A stretch of DNA of 64,000 nt from Bacillota bacterium (lineage in GTDB: Bacteria > Bacillota > Sulfobacillia > JAIMAT01): the NCBI GenBank assembly GCA_029961055.1, contig JASBVM010000001.1, positions 6,888 through 70,887 of the forward strand. Direction: 5' to 3'. Both the position numbers and the translations under genes were made by a program. Shown piece by piece: positions 63,740 through 64,000 of this stretch. Position 1 is the first letter of the stretch, and every line of letters starts with the position of its first letter. Below the pieces are notes generated by a model. That model did not search any database. It saw nothing but the letters and a program-made list of their open reading frames with translations, and was not told the DNA's origin.

Positions 63740-64000
63740 GATAGGCGGGATCCGAGTGGCGGCCGGAGAGCCGCTGGCGCGTCATACGACGCTGCGGATC
63801 GGCGGTCCCGCCGATTTCTTTGTGGAACCGGAGACGGAGACAGGGTTGCGAGCCCTTCTTTCTCTATGCGCGGAGAGCGGTGTCGATGTCCACTTCCTGG
63901 GGCAGGGGTCGAACGTCCTGGTGCCGGACGAGGGCGTGCGCGGGGTGGTGCTGACCACGCGCCGGCTCTTCGACCGCTGTCGCTTCCAGGGGCGCGAGGT
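63699..64000 (+). CDS. murB: UDP-N-acetylenolpyruvoylglucosamine reductase, 5' part (runs off the window)
   Basis: My own translation from the TTG at 63699 gives …GEPLARHTTLRIGGPADFFVEPET…HFLGQGSNVLVPDEG…, typical of the MurB FAD-binding N-terminus. The start is uncertain. The ORF is absent from the ORF track because no stop falls in the window. Confidence 0.8.
   Translation, partial: MEPAAAPFAEAIRRIGGIRVAAGEPLARHTTLRIGGPADFFVEPETETGLRALLSLCAESGVDVHFLGQGSNVLVPDEGVRGVVLTTRRLFDRCRFQGRE

Overview
This is a 64-kb stretch of very GC-rich chromosome (by eye above 70% GC). Stop-free spurious ORFs occur in most frames and on both strands, so only ORFs with recognisable protein families were called. 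Gene content points to an endospore-forming, Firmicute-type organism such as a Limnochordia, Thermaerobacter or Symbiobacterium relative. The evidence for that is ytxC, yunB, a YlxY/PdaB-type deacetylase, SpoVD/SpoVE-type genes, sigI-rsgI and T-box leaders. That placement is inference.

The window is mostly core housekeeping. In order it contains:
- an AMP-ligase
- phoP-phoR-phoU and a ROK glucokinase
- ytxC
- a reverse-strand sulfide-oxidation module (SQR-like flavoprotein, DUF1641, DsrE-like, TusA-like)
- T-box-thrS, infC-rpmI-rplT, a TrmH methyltransferase and a YqzL micro-ORF
- T-box-pheST, an ABC-F ATPase and zapA
- a roughly 6.8-kb island of two divergent operons: YlxY-like deacetylase / PlsY-like::acyl-ACP-reductase-like fusion / BadF-type kinase, facing an active-site-substituted KAS-like protein / FetA-like / FetB-like
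- mutS2, a PBP1A with a C-terminal cupredoxin-like domain, tyrS, yunB, cysK, nadE and yebC
- sigI-rsgI, queA-tgt and two tandem gdh paralogues with duplicated promoter, leader and terminator
- a methylmalonyl-CoA module (mutase large and B12 subunits, epimerase, carboxyltransferase, small ORF, biotin carrier)
- 5-formyl-THF cyclo-ligase, mgsA and tRNA-Ala(CGC)
- a dcw cluster: mraZ-rsmH-ftsL-pbp-murE-murF-mraY-ftsW-murG-murC-murB', with no murD between mraY and ftsW

No CRISPR array, transposase, integrase or recognisable defence system was seen.

The most novel-looking item is the PlsY-like::AAR-like fusion together with the neighbouring non-canonical KAS/ABC operon, a candidate envelope-lipid module. 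Start codons are my best reading and may be off by a few codons.
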